Shown here in pieces: positions 13,239 to 26,377 of a stretch of 64,000 nucleotides of DNA. Numbering within the stretch: position 1 is the stretch's first letter; the number at the start of each line of letters is the position of its first letter. The DNA lies in assembly GCA_000004695.1 (NCBI GenBank), contig CM000151.3, positions 6,304,001-6,368,000 of the forward strand, given 5' to 3'. A model generated the notes under the pieces. The model was not told the DNA's origin and did no database searches. It saw nothing but the letters and a program-made list of their open reading frames with translations. A program made the translations under genes and the position numbers. This DNA comes from Dictyostelium discoideum. Lineage: Eukaryota.

Positions 13239-13334
13239 GTGGGTTTGAGTGAATGGGGGTGTGTGAAGTTTTTATCTTTATATATCAATTTTTTAAAATA
13301 ATAAATTTTTTGGGTGTTTGAAAGGTGTGAATGA
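13239..13334. promoter_or_regulatory. Cluster of GT/G-rich 'G-box'-like elements (GGGTGTG-type) in the PDE/NSF divergent intergenic region. Further copies lie at 13791..13809 and 14361..14377
   Basis: 'gtgggtttgagtgaatgggggtgtgtgaagttt', 'ttgggtgtttgaaaggtgtgaatg', 'ttttgggtgtgtttttttg' and 'gattgggtgtgaagttt' are conspicuous GC-containing islands in about 90% AT sequence. 'ggtgtgaagttt' recurs. The pattern matches Dictyostelium G-box/CAE-type (GBF-bound) promoter elements. Confidence 0.35.
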
Positions 13335-13756
13335 AAAAAACTGAATCAAAATGGCCAAGATTTCTTTTTTTTTATTTTTTTTAATTTTTTTTTATTTTTT
13401 TTTTTTTAATGAATTATTGATTTGGGGTATATAACTGATAAAAAAAAAACTATTTTTTGTTTTGTTTAATTTTTTTTTTTTTTATTGTTTTTCAACACTG
13501 GTTTTGTTTGAAAATTTTGATGATCCAAAAAATATCAAAATCATACACCCACCACTACCCAAAAATTTACATATTTATATAAATTAATCACATATATATA
13601 TTTTTTTTTTTCAATTTTTTTTTTTTAATTTTTTTTTTTATTTTTTTTTTTATTTTTTTTTTTAATATTTTCCCAATTCATTGATTCATCTGTATTCTCT
13701 TAAAATTTAAAATCTCAATCATTGGATCAAAAAATGTTTTAATCTTTTTTTTTTTC

Positions 13757-13789
<33 letters not shown>

Positions 13790-14753
13790 GTTTTGGGTGT
13801 GTTTTTTTGATATGAGGAGACAGACAATCAATGTTTTTTTTTTTTTTTTTAATATTATTTTTTTTATTCCCAACATTATTATCTAATTTTATTTTTATTT
13901 TTTTTTTTTATCTTTTTTTCTTTTTTTTTTTATTTAATCATAATTTTACATACACCACAATTGATTAAAAAAAAAAAAATATATTTATTTTAAAAAAAAA
14001 ACAAAAAAAAAAAAAAAATAAAAAACACTGAATAGATATATTAAAAAAAAAAAAATATCCATACATTGCTAAAATTTAAAAAAAAATTGCCAAAGTCATT
14101 AATCTTTAATCCTTAATCAATATAGTTCAATCTTTATTTGTTAGAGACTCAAAACTAATTTTTTTTTTTATGCAATTTATTATTACCACGGAAGTTGATT
14201 ACCATTTTTTAAAAAAAATAAAAATAAAATAAATAAAAATAAAAAAAATGATTATTAATAAAGTAAATTATAAAAATAAAAAGATATATTATGAAAAGTG
14301 GATTGTTCCCTTTTTTTTTTTTTTTTTTTCAGATTAAGATGTGACTGAAGAAAAAAATTGATTGGGTGTGAAGTTTAAAAAAAGGAAAAAAATATTTTGA
14401 ATTCAGTTACCATATGATAACTTTTTCTGTTGTGAGTCATTATTAATGAGAATAACCACGACTGCAGTTTTAAATTAAATATTGAATTTTTTAAAAATTA
14501 AAAAAAAATTAAAAAAAAAGATTTTTTTTTTTAATTTTTTTTTTTTAATTTTATTTTATTTTTTTATATTCTTTTTTTTTTTTTTTTAAAAATATATATT
14601 ACAATTTATTTATTTATTAAACGAATATATTTTCTTAGTATACAAAAAAACAATCAATTAATAGTACTATTACTTTAATTTTTGTGTATACATATTTTTA
14701 CAAAAAAAAAAAAAAAAACACACACACAAGAATAAATATATATATTATATAAA

Positions 14754-17098
14754 ATGAGTTATCCACCACCAGTAGGAGATTCAATTAAATTAAAGGTTCA
14801 AGCCTCAAATGATCCAGAAGAAGCTTTTACAAATAGAGCATATTTACCAATTTCATCATTCAGTTTTTTATTCCCAAATGTACAATCAAATCTTTATACA
14901 ACCAATACAAATTATATTAAAATTAGAGTTGGAGCAAATGAATATATTTTATCTGCATCGTAAGTAACATACAATATATACATACTTATATACATAAATA
15001 ATTTATAGATATATTATAATTTTAAAATTAAAATAAAAATAATAATAATAATAAATAATTAAATTAATTATTTATTATTTATAAAAGACCAAATAAAAAT
15101 ATGAAACCAGATTCAATTGCATTATCAAAAGCATTAAGAGGATGGATGTATGTTAGTAATAATGAAGAAGTTTATGTTGAATTTTATGATCCAAATCCAA
15201 ATATTTGTGGTTCAATGAAAGTTAGTATCGATTATTTAACCAAAGGTAAACAAGGACCAAAACAAGATTCACAAGAGATCATTGGTAAAATCATTGACAA
15301 TTTCAATAGTCAATACTTTACATTTGGTCAATTATTTTATATAAAGAATAGTAATTCAACATTTGAATTAAGAGTTGAAGCAGTTGAAACCAATGAAGTT
15401 CCAACCAAAGATAAAGGTTGGGCTATCATTTCACCAGCCACCAAGATAATTTTACAAAAAATGCCAGGATCATTGATTGATATCGAAACCAATGGACCAT
15501 TGGTTGTAAATCAAATTTTCACTTCAGATTGGGATTTCGAAAATATGGGTATTGGTGGTTTGGATGCAGAGTTTAGAGATATTTTCAGACGTGCATTCTC
15601 TTCACGTATTTTCCCACCAGCAATCGTAAAGAAATTAGGTGTCAATCATGTTAAAGGTATGCTTTTATATGGTCCACCTGGTACTGGTAAAACTTTAATC
15701 GCCAGACAAATCGGTAAGATGTTAAATGGCCGTGAACCAAAGGTTGTCTCTGGTCCATCGATTTTAAATAAATATGTCGGTCAATCCGAAGAGAATATTA
15801 GAATGTTATTTAGAGATGCAGAGATTGAACAAAAGGCAAAGGGTGATGATTCAGGTTTACATATTATCATTTTCGATGAATTGGATGCAATTTGCAAATC
15901 ACGTGGCTCAAGACAAGGCGATTCAGGTGTTGGTGATTCAGTGGTAAATCAATTATTAGCAATGATTGATGGTGTCGAATCTTTAAATAACATCTTGGTC
16001 ATTGGTATGACCAATAGAAAGGATATGATCGATGAAGCTTTACTTCGTCCAGGTCGTTTAGAAGTACACGTTGAGATCTCATTACCCGATGAACATGGTA
16101 GAGAACAAATCTTTAAGATTCATACCGCTAAAATGAGGGATCAAAATGCATTGGACAAAGATGTTAATCTCGCCAATTACGCTCATACAACTAGAAACTA
16201 TAGTGGTGCTGAGATTGAAGGTGTTGTGAAATCTGCTGCATCCTATGCTTTCAGTAGACAAGTCGATACTAAAAACATTAAAAACGTTGAAATCAAACCA
16301 GAGGATATTAAAGTTTGCGATCAAGATTTCAAGAGAGCCATCACCGAGGTCACTCCATCATTTGGTTCCACAGATAATCAATTCGAATCCTATGCAGAGA
16401 ATGGTATCATCAATTATGGTCCAGTCTTTGATAAACTCTTACAAAGTGGTAATGCCTTTGTTGAGCAAGTAAAGAAATCAAATAGAACTCCAATGATGTC
16501 GGTCCTCTTGTCAGGTAGACCAGGTTGTGGTAAATCTTCTTTGGCTGCGACCCTTGCCAAGAGTTCAGAATTCCCATTCACTCGTATCATTAGTCCAAAT
16601 GATTTACTTGGTTACAATGAATCTGCAAAGGCATCAAAAATCACAAAGGTTTTCGAAGACTCTTATAAATCTCCAATGAGTTGTGTCGTTGTCGATGAAA
16701 TTGAACGTCTCATTGAATATGTACCAATTGGTCCACGTTTCTCAAATCTTATCCTTCAAACTTTGGCAGTTCTCTTTAAAAGAACCCCACCAAAAGGTCG
16801 TAAACTTTTAGTGATTGCAACTACTTCCAATCCTGATATTCTCAAAGATATGGATATTATGGATTGTTTTGCTACAGTTTTATCCGTTCCATCAATCAGT
16901 ACCGCTAAAGAATTCCAAACCGTTTGCTTTGAACTTGGTTTCACTCAAAAAGAAGCCTCTGAAGCTGCCTCCTTCTTTACTTCACCAATCACTATCAAAC
17001 AAATCATTATGATTGTCGAAATGGCAAGACAAGAAGAAGGTAATTTCATTGATAACTTTAAAATGTGTTTAGAAGATTTTAATATACGTAATTTTTAA
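14754..17098 (+). CDS. nsfA: N-ethylmaleimide-sensitive factor (NSF), an AAA+ ATPase. Two exons: 14754..14959 and 15088..17098; 738 aa
   Basis: The NSF-N domain is followed by D1 ('GVNHVKGMLLYGPPGTGKTLIARQIGKMLNGREPKVVSGPSILNKYVGQSEENIRMLF...LHIIIFDELDAICKSRGS') and D2 ('LLSGRPGCGKSSLAA...CVVVDEIERLIEYVPIGPRFSNLILQTL'). These are near-identical in pattern to metazoan NSF. The intron runs from GTAAGT at 14960 to the AG at 15086-15087; it is phase 2 and restores a TCA codon. Confidence 0.9.
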
Positions 17099-17256
17099 AT
17101 AAATTAATAGTTAATCAACTTTGAATTAATTATTTGATAAAATAAATAATGATTTTTTTTTATTATTTTATTTATTTATTTTTTTTTTATAGAAATTTTG
17201 TACAATTTATTTTTAATTTACTGTTTTAAATTATTTAACTTTTTTTTTTATTAATT

Positions 17257-20200
17257 TTAATCACTTGAATCACTTGAAATATCATCATCATCTTCTTCTT
17301 GTTCAGATTGTTCAGATTCTTGTAAACCATGTTGTTTTAATTTTTGTGAAGCATAATTTAAAGCCTCTTCGAAACGTTGAGATGGAGTTTCTTCATCAAT
17401 ATCTGATTCCTCTTGATTAGATTCTGTTTGTTTTTTCTTTGATTCATCGTCAGAGGTTTCAATATCTGAAGTATCTTGAGAAGGTGATTTTCTTTTTGGT
17501 GGTGATTTTTGTTTTGTGGTTGATTGGTCAGTATCTTTCATTTCAGTATCTGAAGTTTGTTGATTATTATCTTTTTCTTTTTCAATATTTTCCATTTCTT
17601 TATCTTGTGGTTGACTTGATTGACTTAATTCATCATCACCTTGTTGCTTAATGATACCACCAAAACGTATGAATCTCTCTTTTACTTGATTAAATTCAGC
17701 TGCTCTAAGAAGATATTCTTTATGAAGTTTTTCAAATATTTTCTTGTCATGTTTAAGTTTTTCAGAGGAATCAGCATTTGAATCTTGATTAGCCTCATCT
17801 TGAACCATTATAGCGCAGGCCTCTTCAGCTTTAGCCAAAGCTTTGAGAGCCCTCTTTTTAGCACGTTTAAATTCAAATGCGACGAGATGTTTATTTTCAG
17901 CAACACCCAAAACTGGTCTATCTTGATTAAACTCTTCTTCTGTAATACCTTGATAAGAGTAATCGAAAGCACTACCATTATCCAATTGTTTAATAACGTT
18001 AAGAGCATCTTCAGTTGAACCTGGTACTAACTTAGAACCACCTTTATTGAAAACAACAATCCAATTTTGATTAGCATCCATGACAAACTCTGGACCAAAA
18101 GTAGTGGCAATGAATTGAATCTCTCTTGAATGTTTACGAATCATCTTTGATACGGCTACTCTATAGTTATGATCGAGTGCAGCATCAATTTCATCTAAAA
18201 GATAGAATGGAGCAGGATCAGTACGTTGAAGTGCGAAAATTAAAGCCAAAGCTACCAAAGTTTTTTGACCACCACTTAATTGTCTCATTGAACATGGTTC
18301 ATGACCTTCACCAAATGAAACTTGAATACCAATACCAGTGAAGGTTAATAATCCTTTTGGAGTTTCACCATCGGCCCATTCTTTTGGATCTTCACCCTCG
18401 CCTTCATCTTCGTCCATTTGACGTTTCATTACTAATTTAGCACTGCCACCTGGAATCAATTCTTTAAATACTTGAGTGAAATTCTTTGCGACACCACTAA
18501 AAGTTCTAGCGATAGCTTCATCTTTTTTATTATCAAGTGTTTTAATAAGTAATTGAATTGAAGCATTGGATTCATAAAGTTCATCTCTTCTTGCCTCTAA
18601 ACTATTGTATTGATTTGTAAAACTATTGAATTGATCATTTGCTTTTTGATTTACATGTCTCAATGAAGCCAATGATTTATTGATCTTATTTAATTCTTCA
18701 ACTGATTGATCTTTATTATATTTCTTCAATTCTTCAAAATTGAATCTATCACCTTTTGATAGTACTCTTAGCTGTTTAGCATCTCTAACTTTATTAAAAC
18801 TTTGAATTTGTGCAAGGAGGGATTCCATCTTTTTACCATCGGCAACCAATTGATCAGCGATTGTAGAGGTTTGTTGTTTCAATGCATCGATTGATACTTT
18901 AATTGGTTTAATTTCAGCGTCTTTTTCATTCAATGATTGAACCAATGATTCTAATTTCTCACGAACACCATCAATCTCTATATTGATCTCATCGATTTCC
19001 TTTTGTTTAAGTTCAATTTGTAATTTAGAGTTTTCAGGATTAAGTGATTTAATCTCACCTTCGATTTCCATTAAACGTTTACCATAGTTTTGATTGAGTT
19101 GATTGGTCATTTGATTCTTTCTAGATTGAAGTTTCATAACGTCTGAAGAGATTGAAATCTTTTGTTCCTTTAATTGAATCGATGATTCACTCAATGTTAA
19201 AAGTAAATTACTCTCTTCTTCAGTTAATTTAGTATTGAATGCTGTATTGATTTGTTTTTGATAACCATCGATAGTATCTTTACAATTTTGAATATCAATC
19301 TTTAATTTCTTTAAGATGGTTTGTTTCTTCTCAAGAATTTCAATGTACATAGTACGTTCAGAGATGATTTTATCCAATTCCACTCTACTATTATCATTGT
19401 TTGATAAGATTTTATTCTTTTCATCCTCTTTGGTTCTAATGGTTTTTTGAATGGATAAAAGAGATGCTTGAAGTTTCTCCAATTCAGATTCCTTCTCAGT
19501 TAATTGAGTTTGAAGTTGTTGATATTGTTGACGCCAATGTTTAATTTGTTGATAACTAGAGAGTTTTAATTTCTTTTTACTATAGTAACCACCGGTTACA
19601 GCACCTTTTGAATGGAAAACATCACCTTCAAATGTAATACAATCGACATGACTTGATTTTCTAACTTGTTCAGCTGTGGCTTCATCTTTACAGATTAAAG
19701 TTTTACCAAATACCAATTTCATTGCCTCTGTATAGATTGGATCGAATGAGATCACCTTAATCAATGGACAAACTAAATCATTCTCTAGTATTGGGAATTT
19801 TGGTGGTTTAGTTCTTACACGATTCAATGGAATGAATGAAAGACGACCAATGTTTTCAGTGTTTAAGATCTCCAATATCTTTGAGGCGGTATCATCAGTG
19901 TCGACCACCACATGGAATAAACCATTGCCACCTACAACCTCCAATGCTAAAGTTGCCTCTGGCTCAACGATATCAAAGAGTTCAACCAATGGACCATGAA
20001 TACCCTTGATTTTACCCTCTTGTCTAATTTGATTCAATCTTGTCAAACCCTCACTCAATGGACGATTCATAATGGTTTGAAGGTTTCTTTCTGCTTTCTT
20101 CCATTCATTTCTATGCTCTGTTAGATTGGATTTCATTTCATTGATCGATTGGAAAGTTGAGGAAACTCGTTGTTCAATTTGATCTTTCTCCAACTTTAAT

Positions 20201-21661
20201 TCATGAACTCTCAATTCTGCTGTCTTTACAATCTCTGCTTCTTTATCTTTTGAAGCCATACTATTATCAAATTGTTTACCCTTTGATTGCTGAATTTGTT
20301 TCATATCCTCTACATCCTCCTCCAATGATTGAGCTTGTTGTTCATATTGGTTAACTATATCCTCAAGTTTTGAACTTTCATCACCCAAATATTTATCTCT
20401 CTCTGTCTTTGATTTAAATTGAAACATACCTTGTTTAACATACAATTCTTGTAAATTTCTTTCAGTACTTGACAATTTATTATCAATATCATCCTCTTGG
20501 CCTATTAACTCCTCTAGTTTTGGTTTAATGATTTCAATCTCTTTCTCTAATTTCTCTTTACTACCACTCAATAAATCTTGTTCCTTTTGTAACTTTTCCA
20601 ATTTAGCTTGTTCCTTTGATAATAACTTTTTAAAATGTTTTTGTTGTATAACTAATTGTGCTTTTTGTTTATCAAATACTTCATTTAATTTTTCTACCAT
20701 AATTTTTTCATTATCAATTTTTTTAATTTCACTTAAAAGTTTATTAAATTTACTTTCATCCTCTTTAAAAAGAAATAAATAATATTAGTATATATATAAA
20801 TTATAAATATTTAAAGTAATAAATAATAAATAAATAATTACTTTTTAATTCATCAGTAAATCTTTCTAATTTTTTAGATTCTTTTGAAGAATGAATTAAA
20901 TATTTTTCTTTTTCTTTTTCAAGATCTAGAATTCTATCATTTGATTCATTTGCTTCTAAATGAATGATATAGGCTTCAAATTGTTTTTTCATTTCAATTT
21001 GAGTTTGATATAATTGTAATTCTTTACGTTCTTTATCTAATACTTTGATACGTTCATCAATGTATTTTAGAAATTCTTCAATCTTTATTGATTTACTCTC
21101 AGACTCTATCATGATTGCAACAGACTCTCTCTTACGTTCTTCATAAACGGTTGCACCTGCTACCTCTTTTAACATATCCAATCTATCAGAATCTTTCATT
21201 AATGCTAATGTATTGATTTTACCTTGTTGTACGATATAGTATGGATTACTACTTGAGAAACCGGCTGCTTCAAACATATTTCTAACATCTGCTTTAGATA
21301 ATTTATTATTACCAATACTAAATTCATCTTTTGATGTACCAAATGTTCTACGTAATGAAAATTCAGTTTTATCAATCTAAAATAATAATAATAATTAGAG
21401 ATTATTTTAATTTTATTAAAAAAAAAAAAAAAAAAAAAAAAAACTTACAGGGAATCTATGATCACTATTATCAAATACAATCTCTACATAACCAGTTTGC
21501 ATTGTATTACCACCATAACTGTGTAATAGTTTTAATCTATCTTCTGAATTATTACCAACATTAAGATCACCTAATAGAAATCTAATTGCTGCAAATAAAT
21601 TACTTTTACCTGCACCATTTCTACCAGCTAGTATTTTATTTTATTTTATTTTTTAAATTAA

Positions 21662-21734
<73 letters not shown>

Positions 21735-21878
21735 GTAAAAAAAAGAAATATTATTATTATTTTTTTAATTTAAACTATACTTACTAACAACATTAAAACC
21801 TGGGTGTAATGTAATAGATGTAAAACCTTGATCTTTATAACTTCTAAAACCTTTTATAAATATGAATTTTATAAACAT
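17257..21878 (-). CDS. smc3: Cohesin subunit SMC3. Four exons (minus strand): 21878..21785, 21627..21449, 21376..20842, 20762..17257; about 1436 aa
   Basis: Exon 1 is 'MFIKFIFIKGFRSYKDQGFTSITLHPGFNVV', compared with human SMC3 'MYIKQVIIQGFRSYRDQT...HNVIVGRNGSGKSN'. Exon 2 carries the Walker A motif 'GRNGAGKSNLFAAIRFLLGD...VEIVFDNSDHRFP'. Exon 3 has 'FEAAGFSSSNPYYIVQQGKINTLALMKDSDRLDMLKEVAGATVYEERKRES'. Exon 4 has the hinge, coiled coil and the ABC signature 'LSGGQKTLVALALIFALQRTDPAPFYLLDEIDAALD'. Introns are at 21784..21628 (contains (ATT)n), 21448..21377 and 20841..20763. All use GTAAGT/GTAATT donors and AG acceptors with consistent phases. The C-terminal tail is long and acidic. Confidence 0.85.
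21661..21735. repeat. (ATT)25 microsatellite inside SMC3 intron 1. Similar (AAT/ATT/TAT)n tracts occur in the PRMT intron (2612..2682) and in the introns of GTPase-like paralogs 1 and 3 (25660..25692, 30790..30887)
   Basis: Perfect trinucleotide runs are visible in the sequence. Confidence 0.9.
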
Positions 21879-22633
21879 TTTTTTTTATAAATGAAAAAGA
21901 GAAAAATATTTATATATATAATATATACATATAATTAATTTTCTTTTTTTTTATTTTTTTTTTTTTCTATTTTTTTGAATAAAATGAAATTAAAATTATA
22001 AACGGATAAAAAATAAAAAATTCCAATGGAAAAAAAAAAAAAAATTAAAAAAAAAAAAAAAAAAAATTTGGCGCCAATTTCGTGGAAAATGAAAGAATTA
22101 TTGAAAAAAAATAAAGACAAAAATAATCCAATTCTATTTTTTTTTTTTTTTTTTTTAAAATTATATTTTATTTCTATTATTATTATTTTTTTTAAATTAT
22201 TATTTATTTTATTATAATTTTTTTTTAATAAAATTTTTAATTTAATTTATTATTTTATTTTTTTTTTGTTTCAAAAGATTGAAATAAATAATTAAAAAAA
22301 AAAACTATTTTTAAAATTTTATGTTTAAGGTATTTTGACTTTTTTTTTTTTTTTTTAATACTTGTAAATGTTGCTATTTCATATAATGTCATGTGATGTC
22401 AAAATACCTCTTCAAAAAAAAAAAAAAAAAAAATAAAAAAATAAAAAAATTTAGTTGGAAATAAATAAAAACAGAGTAATCAACCAGATATTTAAAAAGG
22501 ATTGATATCACGCAATGTTTTTGATAAAAAATAAAAAAAAAAATTTTTAATTTTTTTTTTCTAATTTTTTTTTTTTTATTTCAAATTTTTTTTTTTTTTT
22601 TTTTTTTTTTGTAATTTATTATTTTTTTTGTAT

Positions 22634-22671
<38 letters not shown>

Positions 22672-22679
22672 GTAAAGAA

Positions 22680-23530
22680 ATGGAAAAATTTCAAAGAGAA
22701 TTAACAGATCAAGCAATTAAAAAGATTGTTTCAACATTAAGATCAATTTTATATAGAATAGAAACTAAAGACTGTAAAGATGTTGTTGGTTTATTAGAAC
22801 CATATATGGATGAAGAATCTTATCAAAATATTAGAGAGACATTTTTAAGATATCAAGAGAAACATAGATTAAATGAATTTGCAGATGATGAAGAGGATAT
22901 TTTAGAAGATGAAGAAGAGGATGAAGATGAAGATAATATAAATAAAAATATAGATGATAACACCACCTCCACCACCAACAAATGTGGTGTTAATGGCATT
23001 GAAAATATATCAAATAAATATTTATTACAAATTCAAGATGTTGCAGCAAGATTGGTTTCATCATCAACTGCATCAGCATCAACTTCAAATGGTAGTGGTT
23101 CCAATGGTGAAAGTGGCACCACTCGTTATAATAGAATTGCAGATAGACAATCACGTGAAAATAGCTCACAAAGCTCAAATGGTGGTGGTGGTGGTGGTAG
23201 TGGTGAGAATGGCACACGTAAAAAGAGAAGAGGTGCTTCAAAGGGATTCCCATTGAATTGGGGTCTCATCATGTCAATGGCCTCAAATATCACACTCGAT
23301 CAAGTTCAATCAATGCTCAATGTACTCATTATGGTTTTATCTCGTACTCCAATCAACGTACTCTTCAAACAATTCCATGAATATAAATTCATCATCTCCT
23401 CTGTTTTCGATCTTTTAAATGCAATACTTCGTGGTGATATCAAAGATATTGGCACTTGTCTCATCATTGCTGTCATTGGTGTCATTCGTTTCTCTCAACG
23501 TAAAAATTTAACTTTAATTACAAGTATGTA

Positions 23531-23565
<35 letters not shown>

Positions 23566-23810
23566 TTTGTAATTTAAAAATAACTTTTTATTAATAAATT
23601 TTTAATTTTTTTTTTTTTTTTTTTTTTTTTTTAGCTTTGGAAGTTGCAAAATATCTTTACAATTCTGGTAACAAAAAGAAGTTTGGTTTAATCAGATCTG
23701 TTTCATTGGTTGCTTTCCTTTCCAACCTTTTCAAACTTGTAAATCCACCACCAGTAACTCCATTAGATGTTATACAATTAGTTAAATCCCAAATTCAATC
23801 AAGATTATAA
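22680..23810 (+). CDS. Uncharacterised protein with an acidic D/E run, a Gly/Ser-rich linker and a helical C-terminal region. Two exons: 22680..23523 and 23635..23810
   Basis: The long ORF has Dictyostelium codon usage. A GTATGT donor sits at 23524 (phase 1) and an AG acceptor at 23633-23634 after a poly-T tract. The joined frame runs to TAA at 23808-23810. No family could be recognised by eye. Confidence 0.5.
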
Positions 23811-23850
23811 ATCCTTCTTTTTTTTTAAAAAAAATAAAATAAAATAAAAT

Positions 23851-23883
<33 letters not shown>

Positions 23884-24018
23884 CAAATTTAAGAGATCCA
23901 TTTAAAAATAAGAAAAATAATATTAAATTTTAATAAAATCTTTTTTTAAAAATACCAAATTAGATTTATGAATTTGTGATTTATATATATATATTTTTTT
24001 TTTTTTCTTTTTTTAAAA

Positions 24019-24125
24019 AAATAAGTTTCCAATTGGTCGGGTATTCATCGACTTAATAATCTTAGAAAAAAGAAAAATAAGTTTCCAATTGATAGGGTAT
24101 TCATCGACTTAATAAACTTAGAAAA
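24019..24125 (+). repeat. Two tandem copies of a roughly 51-bp unit ('aaataagtttccaattgRtMgggtattcatcgacttaataaWcttagaaaa'), about 170 bp upstream of GTPase-like paralog 1. Also a 29-bp direct repeat 'aaaagaatttagatttttaaaaaaaaaaa' at 24189 and 24243
   Basis: This is a direct reading of the plus strand. The units differ at 3 positions, and a third degenerate copy ('aaataaagtttcca') lies at about 24168. Confidence 0.7.
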
Positions 24126-24287
24126 CTAAAATTTTTATAAAAAAAAAAACTAAAATTTTTAAAAAAAAATAAAGTTTCCATAGAAAAAAAAAGAATTTAG
24201 ATTTTTAAAAAAAAAAAAAAAAAAAATATAAATAGTTAAAAAAAAGAATTTAGATTTTTAAAAAAAAAAAAACATTTTAATTTTAAA

Positions 24288-25647
24288 ATGTCTTCAAATA
24301 CTCAAACTGTTCCTATAAATCAAACTCAATTTTCACACCCTCCACCGCCTCCCAGTAATTTTGGTTGGATATTTGCATTATTTGGTGCTATAATTGGTAT
24401 TCCATCTTCAATTAGAAATTTAGCAATTAAATTGATTCTAACACTTATTTTTGTTCCTTTGCTAACAATAATTGCAATACTAAATCCATCATTACAATTA
24501 TATTTAACAGAAAGAAAGATTAGTATATGTTATTACTGGTCGTCTCCATGGTTTTGTACTTCCCCAAAACAACTTTTACCAATGAATTATAGTGTTATAA
24601 TTGATATTAAATCAATTTTGTCACTTAAAGATGGATGGGAAATAGTATCAGATGGTGGGCAATTTTCAAAAAAATTTTTAAACCAAGATGCTGAATATCA
24701 AAAAATATTAATAGCTATAACAGGGGATTATAATAGTGGTAAAACTTGGTTTTTAAATAATTTAGAGAATACTAATTATCAATCTTCATACCAAAATGCT
24801 ACACCTGCATTCTCATTTGTTGAATCATCAATTTCTCCCTATGTTTATATGGATACTCAAGGTTTAAAACGATTAGCATCTTCTTCAATTCGTGATGATA
24901 GCAGTAGACATAGTATCAAGGATATCAAAGCCCTTGATAGTTTGGTTTCAGATTCATACAATGTTCCTAGCATTATTTTTGAAGTTAGAGATACTGGTAA
25001 TAATGATGATTATTGTACTCAGGAACAAAGACATGAAGAGTATTTTCAAGATCAAGTTATTCCAAAAAAAGTTGTTGTTGTTCATAATTTTAAAAATTTG
25101 GAAACAATATCTGAAGTTGAAAAATACATTCGTGACGACATTATTAATCCTGAAATTGGGGGTCAATTAGTCATTAGTTCAACTCCAGGAACCATTGGTT
25201 GCCAATACTGGTATGTTGGTAGAATTTACCATTTCGTTGTTGCTAAAGGAGGATCAAAAGCAGGAAAATTTTATAACAAATGTACATTTGATCTCATTAG
25301 ATCAACTATTCTTACCAATCAAGCTTATGTACCAAAAATAAATATTTTAAATTCTCTCATAATAAATATAGAGCAATCTCTAAGAAATAATTTAAGAGAT
25401 CCAAATTTACCAAAAGATGGATTTGTAAATGTAAAGAAGGATTCATGGAAACTCTTTAGTTTTGTAAGAAATATTTATAATCAATTTTCTTCCAAACCAG
25501 ATCCTGATGAACCAATTGACATTGAAACTAATCCATTTAAATTAATAATAGAAAATAACAAAATTAAATTAACCAACTCTTCATTTGATTTGGAATTTGC
25601 TTTTAAAGATAGCTGTGGATTTAAAAATATTGATTTTAATCCACAAG

Positions 25648-25688
<41 letters not shown>

Positions 25689-26094
25689 TTTATAGATTTT
25701 ATTTCTCAAACATATTAAATACCACTAACTAATTCAATTTTATTTTTTTTAGTGTGACGTAACTTTTAATGAACTTGAAAATAATTTCGGAATTACATGT
25801 GATCTTCCAAATTCATATATAAACTGGAGTTGCTCAAAAAACAATCCTAACATAGTTTTTCTCTATTATGAAAGAAAATCTCCAACATATTCAACCTCAC
25901 ATATTAAAAATAAAATTAATCGTAGAACATATATTAAACATAGAAAATATTTTGTAATTCCAACAAAGCATTGGATTACTTGTAAAAGTTTAATTTCAAC
26001 TGCTGTATATAAAGATGGTACTGCCCATGTATCACTCTCTGAAGATAGTACTGTTGTTGCTGGGTCTCCATTCCCAAAAGATGATAATAATTAA
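24288..26094 (+). CDS. Paralog 1 of a tandem family: N-terminal Pro-rich segment plus a TM helix, then a P-loop NTPase domain with GBP/atlastin-like motifs. Two exons: 24288..25646 and 25753..26094
   Basis: The domain carries Walker A 'AITGDYNSGKTWFLNNLEN', 'YMDTQGLKRL' (DxxG) and 'IIFEVRDTGNN' (RD motif), in the order and spacing of GBP/atlastin G1-G3-RD motifs (compare 'GKSYLMNKL', 'DTEG/DTQG', 'RDF/RDW'). The intron runs from GTAAGT at 25647 to the AG at 25751-25752 and contains a (TAT)n run. The exon 2 product 'CDVTFNELENNFGITCDLPNSY...' is conserved with paralog 2. Confidence 0.6.
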
Positions 26095-26313
26095 AATTAA
26101 AATTTTAAATAAACTAAAAATTCAAATAAATTAAAAAATATAAAAACAATAAAATTTAAAAAAAAAAATAAAAAAAAATGTGTAAATTTTTATTTTTATT
26201 TTTTTTTTTAAAAATTAAAAATTTGATTTAACCAACTTTAATATTAATTTAAATTTTTAATTTAATTTATTATATCAATAATTAATCATTTGATTTGGTG
26301 TGGGTCTTGGTCA

Positions 26314-26344
<31 letters not shown>

Positions 26345-26377
26345 AAAAAAGCCCAGGTTCTATATAAACAAAATTTC

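Noticed and set aside
25753-26094. Possible alpha-crystallin/Hsp20-like fold in exon 2 of the GTPase-like paralogs ('DGTAHVSLSEDSTVVAGSPFPK')
   Set aside because: It has only a vague resemblance to the C-terminal beta-strands of small heat-shock proteins and no other Hsp20 landmarks. It is not claimed.
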